Positions 20,923 through 30,812 of a stretch of 63,870 nt of DNA are shown here, piece after piece; within the stretch, counting starts at the first letter, position 1; the number at the start of each line of letters is the position of its first letter. This stretch comes from Oculatellaceae cyanobacterium bins.114 (GTDB lineage: Bacteria > Cyanobacteriota > Cyanobacteriia > Elainellales > Elainellaceae): NCBI GenBank assembly GCA_033764315.1, contig JANRJA010000067.1, forward strand, positions 1 to 63,870, in the 5' to 3' direction. A program made the position numbers and the translations under genes. The notes under the pieces were generated by a model, which was not told the DNA's origin, did not search any database, and worked only from the letters and a program-made list of their open reading frames with translations.

Positions 20923-21396
20923 TTAGGACGCGATCGCCATCTCTGCCCCATCAAACTGTTGAGCAATAATGTCGCTGTAGCTGTTTGCGATCGCCGCAAC
21001 CGACAAAATACACGTCTGGAGTTCGAGCAAGTCCAGATTGTCGCCCCCTAAAATGCTATCGGCAAAGACAACCTGACCCGATTCATCCAGTTGAAAAGCC
21101 CCAAAGCGCATCTTGCGGTTTTCAGCTAATAAGAAGTGAGTCACCGCTGCCATGCTGGTATTGCCCACCGTAATCTGACTAGCCGCTCTAACCGTTGCCA
21201 GTTCTGAGTCATTCCACGGGTGCACCTCCCAGGGCAACACATCCACTTCAATCAAGGTAGACCCGTTGTAGAGCAGGTCAAACCGGGGCATATCAGTGCG
21301 AACTCGCATGGAGTGTTTAAACAGACTGGAGGCGAGATAATCTGCAACCTTTTGGTAAGCCAATTCTTGTGCCTGGTTTGTGAAGGAGATAGCCAT
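20923..21396 (-). CDS. YbjN / T3SS-chaperone-like domain protein
   Basis: GSTLIEVDVLPW..FLLAENRKMRFGAFQLD..ILGGDNLDLLEL pattern of cyanobacterial YbjN-like proteins. Confidence 0.7.
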   Translation of the reverse strand: MAISFTNQAQELAYQKVADYLASSLFKHSMRVRTDMPRFDLLYNGSTLIEVDVLPWEVHPWNDSELATVRAASQITVGNTSMAAVTHFLLAENRKMRFGAFQLDESGQVVFADSILGGDNLDLLELQTCILSVAAIANSYSDIIAQQFDGAEMAIAS

Positions 21397-21515
21397 AGGA
21401 ACACTCGTAAATATTAAGGTTTGCGAAGACTAGACCGACTAGTATGATTATCTTTGACAGAAGAGCTATGCGGAATCCTACGATTGGGTTAATCCATCGG
21501 TTGAAATGGCGATCG

Positions 21516-22295
21516 CTACATCATAAACATGCGAGGATCTAGCGATTTTGGATCGTGTGCCGTGACAAATTCACTGGCATGAGTATCTGACTCAATGGAG
21601 CCATCCACCAGGTTGAGAATCCGATCGGCAACATCTAAGATGCGGTTGTCGTGCGTCACCATGAGAATCGTGCACCCCTGTTCTTTAGCCAGCGTTTGCA
21701 TCAGCGTCACGACATCTCGCCCAGATTGCTTATCGAGAGCAGCGGTTGGCTCATCGGCCAACACCAGTTTGGGCTGATTGACGAGGGCACGGGCGATCGC
21801 CACCCGCTGTTTTTGCCCGCCCGACAACGAGTTAGGTTTGTAATCCACTCGATGCCCCAATCCCAGTTGATCTAAGATGGCGATCGCCTGTTCTCGCTTG
21901 CTTCCAAAGTCTCCCAACAATTCCACTGCCATTTCAACATTTTGAGCAGCGGTCAAAGATTCAAACAAGTTGTGCGCTTGAAAAATAAAGCCGATGTTGC
22001 GTCGCACTTGAACCAGTTCAGCATTGCCCATGCCCACCAACTCATTCCCCATCACTTTAAGGCTCCCCTCATGCAGGGTGCGGAGTGCCCCGATGAGGCT
22101 TAGAAAGGTCGTTTTACCAGAACCTGAAGGACCTGTGACGATACAAATTTGTCCTTCAGGGAAATCAACGGTCAGGTCAAAGAGGGCCTGTTTTCGCAAG
22201 TCACCCTGACCATAGTAGTAATTGAGATGCTGCACCTGAACAGCTAACTCTGTCTCTGATGGGGCGATCGCTGTCCCAGTTTTTGGTTCCATCAT
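21516..22295 (-). CDS. devA: DevA-family ABC exporter ATP-binding subunit
   Basis: GPSGSGKT, LSGGQKQRVAIARAL, LADEPT; ATGA overlap with the upstream devC stop. Confidence 0.92.
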   Translation of the reverse strand: MMEPKTGTAIAPSETELAVQVQHLNYYYGQGDLRKQALFDLTVDFPEGQICIVTGPSGSGKTTFLSLIGALRTLHEGSLKVMGNELVGMGNAELVQVRRNIGFIFQAHNLFESLTAAQNVEMAVELLGDFGSKREQAIAILDQLGLGHRVDYKPNSLSGGQKQRVAIARALVNQPKLVLADEPTAALDKQSGRDVVTLMQTLAKEQGCTILMVTHDNRILDVADRILNLVDGSIESDTHASEFVTAHDPKSLDPRMFMM

Positions 22296-23464
22296 CCAAA
22301 CACCTCCGCTGGATCTGCCGCCTGCACCTTCCGCACCGCAATCACACCCGAAATTAAGCACATGCTAAACGTCAAGATAAACATCGTCAGTACTCGATCA
22401 ACGGTCATTTGCATCAACAGACCCGTGACATTGGTTGCACCACTATAGAGCAACGAGCTAATGCAAAACCCTGGAATAAAACCTAGTACCGAAAGAATAA
22501 TGGCTTCTTGTAATACCACCCCCAAGAGAAAAATATTCTTGTAACCCATTGCTTTGAGGGTGGCATATTCTGCCCAGTGGTCGGCTACGTCGGTGTAGAG
22601 GATTTGGTAGACGAGAATAATGCCCACCATAAAACTGGTGGTCGTGAGCAAGGTAAAGACAAAGCCAATTTGGGTATTTTCTCGCCAGTAAGTGAGTTCT
22701 TGTGTGACAAATGCGGGCTTGGTTAACACCACAACGTCTTGCGGCAGACGCTGTCGCATTGCCTCGGTGATGGCCTCTACATCAGCATCCAGGGCAACTT
22801 TAATCAACCCAATATCTACCGTTCCCAAACTGCGGGGGTCTTCCTCAGGGCCGCGATCGGCAAAGTATCGCAAGAAATTTTGGTCACTCATGATCACATT
22901 GCCATTTTGAGAGGCAAAGTCGGTGCCCAGGGTATAGTTGCCCACCACAGTGACCCGTCGCTCCGCCAGTTCTGTCTCTACACCAGGAGTGATGGATCCC
23001 AGTTCTGCACGGGCTTTGAGGTCAATCAGTACTGTATCAGGCAGGCGCAACTTATCGACCTGAGCTTGCACCTCTGGCAAGAGAAATACAGGGTCAGTCG
23101 GATTAAATGCCAATACCCGCACTTCACGAGTTTTGCGAGTGTCAGCATTCTTCCAATTAGCATCTGCCGTATACAGCGGGTATGCATCTACCACACCCTC
23201 AAACGCTTGTGCCTGATAGAGTCGTCGGCGGGCAAACGACTCTGGAATAAACATGGTGTACTTTAACTTGCTGGTCAAGATAATATCAGCGTTGAGCTTG
23301 TTTAATAGCTGCACTTGACTGTCATACAACGCATTTTGAAAGCCACTAAACAAAAACATTAATAGCACCGCAAATGCCACACCCCCCAGAGAAGTCAACA
23401 GCTTGCGGCGATTGTGGGTGAGGTTTAACCAGGCTAACGGCGTGCGACGACGAAATAAAATCAT
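22292..23464 (-). CDS. devC: DevC-family ABC exporter permease (second copy)
   Basis: RRTPLAWLNL, YQILYTDV..EYATLKAMGY, ADPAEVF. Confidence 0.92.
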   Translation of the reverse strand: MILFRRRTPLAWLNLTHNRRKLLTSLGGVAFAVLLMFLFSGFQNALYDSQVQLLNKLNADIILTSKLKYTMFIPESFARRRLYQAQAFEGVVDAYPLYTADANWKNADTRKTREVRVLAFNPTDPVFLLPEVQAQVDKLRLPDTVLIDLKARAELGSITPGVETELAERRVTVVGNYTLGTDFASQNGNVIMSDQNFLRYFADRGPEEDPRSLGTVDIGLIKVALDADVEAITEAMRQRLPQDVVVLTKPAFVTQELTYWRENTQIGFVFTLLTTTSFMVGIILVYQILYTDVADHWAEYATLKAMGYKNIFLLGVVLQEAIILSVLGFIPGFCISSLLYSGATNVTGLLMQMTVDRVLTMFILTFSMCLISGVIAVRKVQAADPAEVFG

Positions 23465-24642
23465 GAGAACACCTCCGCCGGATCTGCTGTAACCACTTTA
23501 CGGACTGAAATCAACCCCGACACGGTACACATGGCAACCGTGAGCAACAACACAAACACCGTTCGGCCAAAATTCATGGTCATCGGCAAACTGCCACTCG
23601 TGGCTCGTGTTGTTAGGGTATATAACCCTGACGAAAAGAGAAACCCAGGAATATAACCCATCACCGCTAATAACACGGCTTCTTGAATGACGACCCCAAA
23701 GAGATATCGACTGCGATAGCCCATCGCTTTGAGCGTGGCATATTCAGGCAGGTGATCGGCAATGTCAGTGTAGAGAATCTGGTAAACAATCACCGTACCC
23801 ACGATAAAAGACACAATCACCCCTAGCCCAAAAATAAACCCAATCGAGGTGGTGGTCACCCAATAGGTCTGTTCTCGCAGAATGATCTGTTCTTTGGTCA
23901 ACACCAATACGTCATTAGGACGTTGATTGCGGAGGGAGTCATCCTCTGGATTTCCCAATCGCGCTTGAATCGTTTGCACCATTTGGCCGAGGTCAGTACC
24001 CGGTTTAAGCCGGATTAGACCCAAGTCAATGCGATCGAGTTGACGTCGCTTAAAAAAGCGCAAAAGGTTCTGGTCGCTCATGATCAGCGTGCCATCGGCG
24101 GCAAACCCACCTCCTAGCGTGTAGTTACCCACAATCTTGACCCGTCTGCGCTCGACCTCAGTGGTGGTGCCTATCGTTTGCGGCCCAAACTCAGGACGCG
24201 ATCGCCGATCAAACAACACCGCATCCCGCTGTTCTAGAGCCTGCAAAGTCGCTGGATCCTTGAATTCAGGCATGTCAAACACTGGATCACGGGGGTTGAT
24301 CGCAAACGAAAATAAGGCACGACTGAGACGAGTTTCAGGGTTACGCCATTGCATATAACCCACATAAACGGGCATGACCCGCTCGACCCCGTCTATGCCA
24401 GCGACTTGATAGAGGCGATCGCGAGGAAACGTTTTGCTCCCACTAATCTCTAAGGTCTGAGGCGAAATCAGAAACACATCGGCATTGAGCTTGCTATAGA
24501 TTTCACTCGTGGTCTGGGTCAACGCCCCCAAAAAACCCAAATTCATAAAAATCAGCAGCACCGCAAACGACACTCCGGCGATCGCCACGAGCAACCGAGT
24601 TTTTTCGTGCATCAGATTTAACCAAGCAAGCGGGGTTCGCAT
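23461..24642 (-). CDS. devC: DevC-family ABC exporter permease (first copy)
   Basis: MRTPLAWLNL, YQILYTDIADHLPEYATLKAMGY, ADPAEVF. Confidence 0.92.
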   Translation of the reverse strand: MRTPLAWLNLMHEKTRLLVAIAGVSFAVLLIFMNLGFLGALTQTTSEIYSKLNADVFLISPQTLEISGSKTFPRDRLYQVAGIDGVERVMPVYVGYMQWRNPETRLSRALFSFAINPRDPVFDMPEFKDPATLQALEQRDAVLFDRRSRPEFGPQTIGTTTEVERRRVKIVGNYTLGGGFAADGTLIMSDQNLLRFFKRRQLDRIDLGLIRLKPGTDLGQMVQTIQARLGNPEDDSLRNQRPNDVLVLTKEQIILREQTYWVTTTSIGFIFGLGVIVSFIVGTVIVYQILYTDIADHLPEYATLKAMGYRSRYLFGVVIQEAVLLAVMGYIPGFLFSSGLYTLTTRATSGSLPMTMNFGRTVFVLLLTVAMCTVSGLISVRKVVTADPAEVFS

Positions 24643-24647
24643 ACCGT

Positions 24648-25814
24648 CTACTCCACATCAATGCGAACATCAACTTGCAAGTTAGTCAGTTGAGCGACTG
24701 TTTCGCTGTTATCCAGACGAATCTTGACCTCCACAATTCGAGCATCGGCATTAGCGGCGGGGTCATCATCTAACACATTGTTTTTAAAGATCTGGCTACC
24801 AATCCGCTCTACCCGTCCGGTCAGCGTTTGGTCAAAAGCACCATTGCGACTAGTAATCGTTGCCTGTTGTCCGACTCGCACCCGCTGCACATCGGTTTCA
24901 TAGACCTCTGCCACAACAAACATTTGGCGAGTGTTACCCAACTCTAAAATGCCACTTTCGCTGATTGCCTCTCCATCGCGAGACAAAATTCGCAAGACCT
25001 CCCCATCTTGAGGAGCACGAATGATGGTGCGATCGAGTTTTGCCTCCGCCAATTGCAGATTGCGGGCAGCAGATTCTACTTCGATTTGGGCCTGCGATCG
25101 CTGTAAACTGGCCTGCTGAGATTGCACCTGAGCACGAGCATTGCTCATATTCATGTTGCGACTGGTCTCTAGACGCACCAAATTTGCTTTAGCACTGTTT
25201 AATTGCTCTTCAACTCGGCGACTTTCAGTGACTTGCTCATCTAACTCTTGCCGCGAAATCGCTCCCTCTTGATACAGGGATTGCGATCGCCCCAAATCAG
25301 TTTGAGCCAGCGATAACTCAGCTTCTAACTGGCGCACTGTGGCCTGCTGAGACTGAATCTCAAGTAACTCTGGGCGATCGACCTGTTGCACACGAGTCTG
25401 AGCCTCTTGAATCTGGGCTTGACCAAACTGGGTCTCGGCTTGTAATCGATTTTGAGCTTCGGTCAATTGACTCGCTGCATAGTCTCGCTCAGCTTTACGC
25501 TCTTCATAACTTTCTAAGTAAGCGAGGATCGTGCCCTGCTCAACAAAATCGCCCTCAGCGACCTCTAGTCGATCAATGCGATCGCCCGTGGGGCCCCCAA
25601 CCGTAATCACTTCACCCTCAGGCTCTAATCGCCCCAAGGCAGCAACCGTAACTTGCTGGGGCAGTTGCACAGTCTCTGTTTCTGCTTTTTGAGGAGCCGA
25701 CAAGATCGACCGAAACGCAATAAATCCGGCACCCAATAACAGTAGGGGAATCAACCAAACCCAGACTCCTGGCATTTTCCAGGGGTGCAACGTTTTACCC
25801 GTACTCATAAACAT
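24648..25814 (-). CDS. devB: DevB-family membrane fusion protein
   Basis: N-terminal TM, VAALGRLEPEGEVI, long coiled coil, VAEVYETD, DARIVEVKIRLD, TNLQVDV. Confidence 0.92.
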   Translation of the reverse strand: MFMSTGKTLHPWKMPGVWVWLIPLLLLGAGFIAFRSILSAPQKAETETVQLPQQVTVAALGRLEPEGEVITVGGPTGDRIDRLEVAEGDFVEQGTILAYLESYEERKAERDYAASQLTEAQNRLQAETQFGQAQIQEAQTRVQQVDRPELLEIQSQQATVRQLEAELSLAQTDLGRSQSLYQEGAISRQELDEQVTESRRVEEQLNSAKANLVRLETSRNMNMSNARAQVQSQQASLQRSQAQIEVESAARNLQLAEAKLDRTIIRAPQDGEVLRILSRDGEAISESGILELGNTRQMFVVAEVYETDVQRVRVGQQATITSRNGAFDQTLTGRVERIGSQIFKNNVLDDDPAANADARIVEVKIRLDNSETVAQLTNLQVDVRIDVE

Positions 25815-25865
25815 TGCCCTCCCAGGGCATTAGTAGCGTTGTATTGTAATACTGTGCAATTACAC

Positions 25866-25919
25866 TAGACCGTGCAGTCTAATTTTCTTCATAGAATCTA
25901 AACTACACCGTACAGTGCA
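25866..25919. promoter_or_regulatory. Putative TetR operators upstream of devB
   Basis: TAGACCGTGCAGTCTA (25866-25881, TAGAC-N6-GTCTA) and related TACACCGTACAGTGCA (25904-25919). Confidence 0.55.
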
Positions 25920-26190
25920 ATGTGTCTACAAAAATTTATAGTCGAGATTGTAGGATGTCTGCTACAACGCCTCCCTCCTACAACAGGATGAGGACGATAT
26001 CCTGCTGATGCACCAATCTATCGGGCAACCGTTTAACTCTGACGATAAAGTCGCTGTATAGCCTCTGTGCATCCTCTGTAGTTTGTATAATGCATCACAA
26101 CCCACTCAACAACAGAATCAAATAGTTGGGTTGCATGACGATTTGACGACATAATTCTTTAGTCTGCTATTTCAGTTAGCGATCGCCATC

Positions 26191-26916
26191 ATGTTGAGTA
26201 ACCCATCTGAAAAAATAGTGCCTGAAAAAGCAGTGCCTGAAATCATCTCTGAAAAAGCAGTGCCTGAAAAAGGAGTCTCCGAAAAAACGCTGACCGACAA
26301 AGATAAGCCAGAGCAAATCTTAAAAGGAGCAATGCAGGTTTTTTTGCAGCATGGCTATGCCGACACCAGCATGGATCGGATTGCGCTCGAAGCAGGCGTT
26401 TCCAAACACACCATCTATAGCCACTTTCAAAACAAAGAAGGCTTATTTATTGCTCTGTTTGAGCGGCTAGTGTTGCGCCATTTTCAAATAGGGTTTGAAG
26501 ACTCTACATCGCAGTCAATCCACGAGGAGGGTTCCTGTGAGTGTGAGTTACCTCTAACAGAATCACCTGAAACCGTGTTGCGACGCATTGCCGAGATTTT
26601 TTTAGCGCGCATGGATGACCCGGAATACATCGCCTTCATCCGGTTGTTGTTTGCTGAGTCTGGGCGTTTTCCTGAGTTGGCTCAACTCTATATGCGTGAG
26701 GTTGCCTATAAAGGCGATCAGGTGTTGAGTCGTTACTTTAAATCTCACCCCGATATTCACCTGCCTGACCCCGAAATCGCGGCTCACATCTTTTCGGGAA
26801 GTTTAGTTGCCTTCATCTTGAGTCAAGAAGTGTTACACGCTAAACAATTCTTTCCAGTCTTGCGAGAGCGGATGGTGAATGGGCTGATCGTCACAATGCT
26901 GGGCGATCGCACCTAA
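26191..26916 (+). CDS. TetR/AcrR-family transcriptional regulator
   Basis: ILKGAMQVFLQHGYADTSMDRIALEAGVSKHTIYSHFQNKEGLF HTH; ESGRFPELA; divergent from devB. Confidence 0.95.
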   Translation: MLSNPSEKIVPEKAVPEIISEKAVPEKGVSEKTLTDKDKPEQILKGAMQVFLQHGYADTSMDRIALEAGVSKHTIYSHFQNKEGLFIALFERLVLRHFQIGFEDSTSQSIHEEGSCECELPLTESPETVLRRIAEIFLARMDDPEYIAFIRLLFAESGRFPELAQLYMREVAYKGDQVLSRYFKSHPDIHLPDPEIAAHIFSGSLVAFILSQEVLHAKQFFPVLRERMVNGLIVTMLGDRT

Positions 26917-27091
26917 CATCACCTCAAGAACTTTACAAAACAAATTCTTAGTGTGGTTTCACCCACTTGTGCAAATCAATCCCTACGTTAAAATGAGAAA
27001 ACCTAGAGCAACCCCGATTGCTCACCAATGAGTCATTTTGCCATCGTGGACTTCCCACTGATTATCATGATGAGTTTTAGCCTCTAACTGC

Positions 27092-27751
27092 ATGGGACAA
27101 TCATCTGGATTGCTGCGTCAGCGCGTGTTGGACTGGTTAGCTGACAACGTTCCCGAATCCCGCATCAACCACATTTTAGGCGTGGAAAAGATGGCGATCG
27201 ACCTCGCCCAAATCCACGACCAATCTGTTGAGAAAGCTGCTCAAGCGGGCTTAATGCACGATCTTGCGAAGTACTTTAAACCTCGACGATTGCTAGAGAT
27301 GGCAAAGGCAGAGGGTTTACCCCTTGACCCAGTGGATGAGATTAACCCTCATTTGCTGCATGCCGACATTAGCGCGATCGTGGCACGCCAAGAGTTTGGG
27401 ATTGCTGATCCAGAGATTTTAGAGGCGATCGCCCATCACACATTGGGTAAACCAGGCATGAGTGCCCTCAGTTGTATTGTGTTTTTGGCAGACACACTGG
27501 AACCTGGGAGAGGCAACACACCAGAACTAGAACAGTTGCGTCAGGTCAGTCGCGACAATTTAGACCAGGCAACCTGGATGGTGTGTGATTACTCGTTCCG
27601 CTATCTAATCAATACCCATCGTCTGATCCATCCGCGCACCGTCTTAACTCGCAATTGGTTTTTGCATCAAACTACCCGTTCAGCCACATCTAACCATTCA
27701 GCCACATCCAACACGGATACAGCACCATTTCCACCTTACATTTCTGTTTAA
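27092..27751 (+). CDS. yqeK: HD-domain bis(5'-nucleosyl)-tetraphosphatase YqeK
   Basis: RINHILGV, GLMHDLAK, LLHA, AIAHHTLG, FLADTLEPGR; adjacent to rsfS. Confidence 0.9.
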   Translation: MGQSSGLLRQRVLDWLADNVPESRINHILGVEKMAIDLAQIHDQSVEKAAQAGLMHDLAKYFKPRRLLEMAKAEGLPLDPVDEINPHLLHADISAIVARQEFGIADPEILEAIAHHTLGKPGMSALSCIVFLADTLEPGRGNTPELEQLRQVSRDNLDQATWMVCDYSFRYLINTHRLIHPRTVLTRNWFLHQTTRSATSNHSATSNTDTAPFPPYISV

Positions 27752-27945
27752 TTCTGTTTTATCTCCTGGTGATTAAGCTCTTGTTGATTCAACCGTTGTC
27801 CTCTGCTTCATTGCCTGTTTCACCGTCAAGTCAGACTTTCCCTGGTTTGTCCATTGTTCTCAGTGGATGATTTTGAGGAGTCAACGGCTTGATCAATTTG
27901 TTTTTGCTTTGTTTTTGTTTCACTCTCTAAGGAAAACTTGCTTTA

Positions 27946-28410
27946 ATGACCCATTTCTCCAATACCGAGACTGCATCTTCAACTATTTTGACGGCTAAAC
28001 ACGATCCATTGACTTCAAAGCAAACCTCTCCAGACAGCAGCTATGAACTGGCACTGGCGATCGCCCAGGCTATGGATGATCGAAAAGGGGCAGACATTGT
28101 CTTGTTAGATGTCTCAGAGGTGTCTTATCTGGCAGACTATTTTGTCATTGCAACCGGGTTCTCAAGTGTGCAAGTGCGGGCGATCGCTCGTACGGTTGAA
28201 GACACCATCGAAGAAGAGTTGCATCGCTTACCCGTCCATGTAGAAGGACAGACTCAAGGGAACTGGGTTTTGCTGGACTATGGCGATGTGATTGCCCATA
28301 TCTTTTTGCCTGACGAGCGAGAATTTTACAACTTAGAAGCCTTTTGGGGTCATGCTAAAAGCACCCCTTTTGTAGCGGCACCTGTGGCGGCGAACTCAAC
28401 TAATGGATGA
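27946..28410 (+). CDS. rsfS: Ribosome silencing factor (Iojap)
   Basis: DDRKGADIVLLDV..ADYFVIATG..WVLLDYGDVIAHIF..REFYNLEAFWG. Confidence 0.96.
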   Translation: MTHFSNTETASSTILTAKHDPLTSKQTSPDSSYELALAIAQAMDDRKGADIVLLDVSEVSYLADYFVIATGFSSVQVRAIARTVEDTIEEELHRLPVHVEGQTQGNWVLLDYGDVIAHIFLPDEREFYNLEAFWGHAKSTPFVAAPVAANSTNG

Positions 28411-28858
28411 TTGAAAAGGAATGAGGGAATGAGGCGATCGCGGGAGTTCTTAGGAAATTTCCGCCAAAGAAAATACCTGAATCGCCGCGTTTCGACTTCG
28501 CTCAACGCTCTAATACCATCTCTAAAAATTTGGGTTACACATCAATCTTCCCGTAAGGGCGTTTTGCGAAATCCCCCTACCGCCGATCTGTAACCGTTAT
28601 TTGTTGAATTGGTAGGAATTTGTGGGCTGAGCCAAGTCGAAGCCCAATCCTTAGGTAGATTCATGCCTGAAAATCTCAGCCCTCAACACTGAATTCTCAC
28701 TCGCCACCTCTTTCCTCTTGCCTCGTTTTTCTTCTCTTTTTAGCCTTCCGCCTTTATCCTTTCATCCCGCTCCCTATTCCCCAGGAGTGGCGTGTTAGTT
28801 TAGGATATTGTCGCGCTACCATTGGTCGAGCAGCATTTTTTGCCTATTAGTCGTCGCC

Positions 28859-29356
28859 ATGAAATCTTCTGCCCCTGTTTGTCCGGTTCCGACTGAACAG
28901 CAACCTCTGAATGAATATCAGAGCCTCCGAGAGTCGTGGTTTTATGTCTGGGCGACTTGGAACTGGGGAAATTATCTTAAACCTATTATTATTCTCTGGT
29001 TGGTGAGTTGGCTACTTACAGCACCCGTGGCATTCCTTAGCTTTCCGTGGAGCAAATATCCCTTGCAATTTGCCTTAAGTGGGGCAGGTGGAGCCTGTGT
29101 ATTACCCACGTTGGCCCTGCTGCAACTGTATTTGGGGTGGGTTTATGTGCGAAACCGCCTGTTTGAAGAGACTATTTTTTATGAAGAGTCAGGGTGGTAT
29201 GACGGGCAAACCTGGACGAAGCCAGACGAAGTGATTCAACGCGATCGCCTGATTGTTACTTATGAGATTCGTCCCATTCTCAAACGGTTGCAACAGACTT
29301 TTATCACGATTTTGGGATTGGTTGGGGTAGGGGCGATCGTTTGGAATTTTCTTTAG
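28859..29356 (+). CDS. ycf36: CGLD27 / Ycf36 (DUF1230) family membrane protein
   Basis: CPVPTEQQPLNEY, LYLGWVYV, YEESGWYDGQTWTKP; start MKSS at 28859. Confidence 0.88.
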   Translation: MKSSAPVCPVPTEQQPLNEYQSLRESWFYVWATWNWGNYLKPIIILWLVSWLLTAPVAFLSFPWSKYPLQFALSGAGGACVLPTLALLQLYLGWVYVRNRLFEETIFYEESGWYDGQTWTKPDEVIQRDRLIVTYEIRPILKRLQQTFITILGLVGVGAIVWNFL

Positions 29357-29465
29357 GAAACTGGACAAAGTGGGATAGAGTAAGGTTTTACCACCACCTT
29401 GTTCTCACTCCTATCTCCACTCTGAGATATTGCCTGAAAACACGGACCATATCATAGTCTTAAAC

Positions 29466-30419
29466 ATGACACGGGGAAAACGTACTCAAGCCGCAGAACT
29501 GGAAGTCCGGTTGTTACGAGAAGGCATTATTGAATCTAAGCATTACGTTCAGGCGACGGTTGCCGATAACCGAGGACGAGTTTTATCAGTCGCTGGAAAT
29601 GCCGAAACTGCAACCTTTGTCCGATCGGCTCTGAAGCCTTTTCAAGCTTTGGCTGTCACCACAACAGGCACCCTGGAACGCTTTGGGTTGAGCGATCGCG
29701 ACTTAGCGATTATTTGCAGTTCTCATCATGGCTCTATTGAGCAGGTGCGTCAGGTCTTTAACATTCTCTGGCGTTGTGATGTCGATCCGTCTGCGCTTCA
29801 ATGCCCCATCCCTGAAGGCAAAAGTAGCCCGTTGCAATATAACTGCTCTGGAAAGCACGCCGGAATGCTAGCCGTCTGTCAACAGCGCAATTTTCCACTG
29901 AACAGCTACCTGCAACGCAATCACCCTGTGCAAAAGCTAATTCTTAGCAAAGTGGCTGAGCAGCTTAAAATGCCAGCGGAAGAATTTATCTGCGCTCACG
30001 ATGACTGTGGCGCACCCACTTATTTTCTGCAGTTGGGGCAAATGGCAACGCTGTATGCTCAACTGGCATCGGGCGACAATCTCGACATGGAGCGGATTGT
30101 GCGGGCGATGACCCATCACCCCTCAATGGTGGCGGGCAATGGCGAATTTGACACTGAGTTGATGCGGCTGACGGAGGGTGAGTTAGTCAGCAAATCTGGA
30201 GCCGAAGGGGTGCAATGTCTGGCGCGTGTGGGGGAAGGCTTGGGGTTGGCGATCAAAGTCACCGATGGAGCAAAACGAGCCAAGCATGCCGTTGCCATTC
30301 ACCTGTTGAAGCAAATGGGCTGGATTAGCCCTGCGATCGCCGAAACGTTGGCAGAGACCTATATGACGCTGGGCAAATTTAAACGCCTGGATGTCGTGGG
30401 TGAACTCTCCCTGCTGTAA
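29466..30419 (+). CDS. Asparaginase II-family (Rhizobium AnsA-type) protein
   Basis: RSALKPFQA, CSSH, NCSGKHAGML, DDCGAP, SKSGAEGV; start MTRGKR. Confidence 0.92.
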   Translation: MTRGKRTQAAELEVRLLREGIIESKHYVQATVADNRGRVLSVAGNAETATFVRSALKPFQALAVTTTGTLERFGLSDRDLAIICSSHHGSIEQVRQVFNILWRCDVDPSALQCPIPEGKSSPLQYNCSGKHAGMLAVCQQRNFPLNSYLQRNHPVQKLILSKVAEQLKMPAEEFICAHDDCGAPTYFLQLGQMATLYAQLASGDNLDMERIVRAMTHHPSMVAGNGEFDTELMRLTEGELVSKSGAEGVQCLARVGEGLGLAIKVTDGAKRAKHAVAIHLLKQMGWISPAIAETLAETYMTLGKFKRLDVVGELSLL

Positions 30420-30511
30420 CTCTCACTGCTGTAAGCTTTTTGACCCAATCTTGTGAGATTTCAAAAATAGTTGTCCGTTATGCGAATATCTCGCTATACT
30501 AGATGAGGCGA

Positions 30512-30588
<77 letters not shown>

Positions 30589-30599
30589 AATAAATCTCA

Positions 30600-30637
30600 A
30601 GCCTCAGGTTCTTTATGAATCTGGGGCTTTTGTTTTG
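30600..30637 (+). terminator. Intrinsic terminator after tRNA-fMet
   Basis: AGCCTCAGGTTC-ttat-GAATCTGGGGCT stem followed by TTTTGTTTTT. Confidence 0.7.
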
Positions 30638-30812
30638 GCATGAGTTTTGGGATGAATTTTGTTTTGGGAATAGTCGTCATGACCCTGTAGCGATCGCCCA
30701 AAACGGGGAATCTGAAATAGTCATCGTAAATTTCTCAAAAATTGACATCTTACCGGGTCAGTTTGCCACTTTACCGTTGAGAATTAAAGTATCCTCATTC
30801 ATTTCTGGATTC

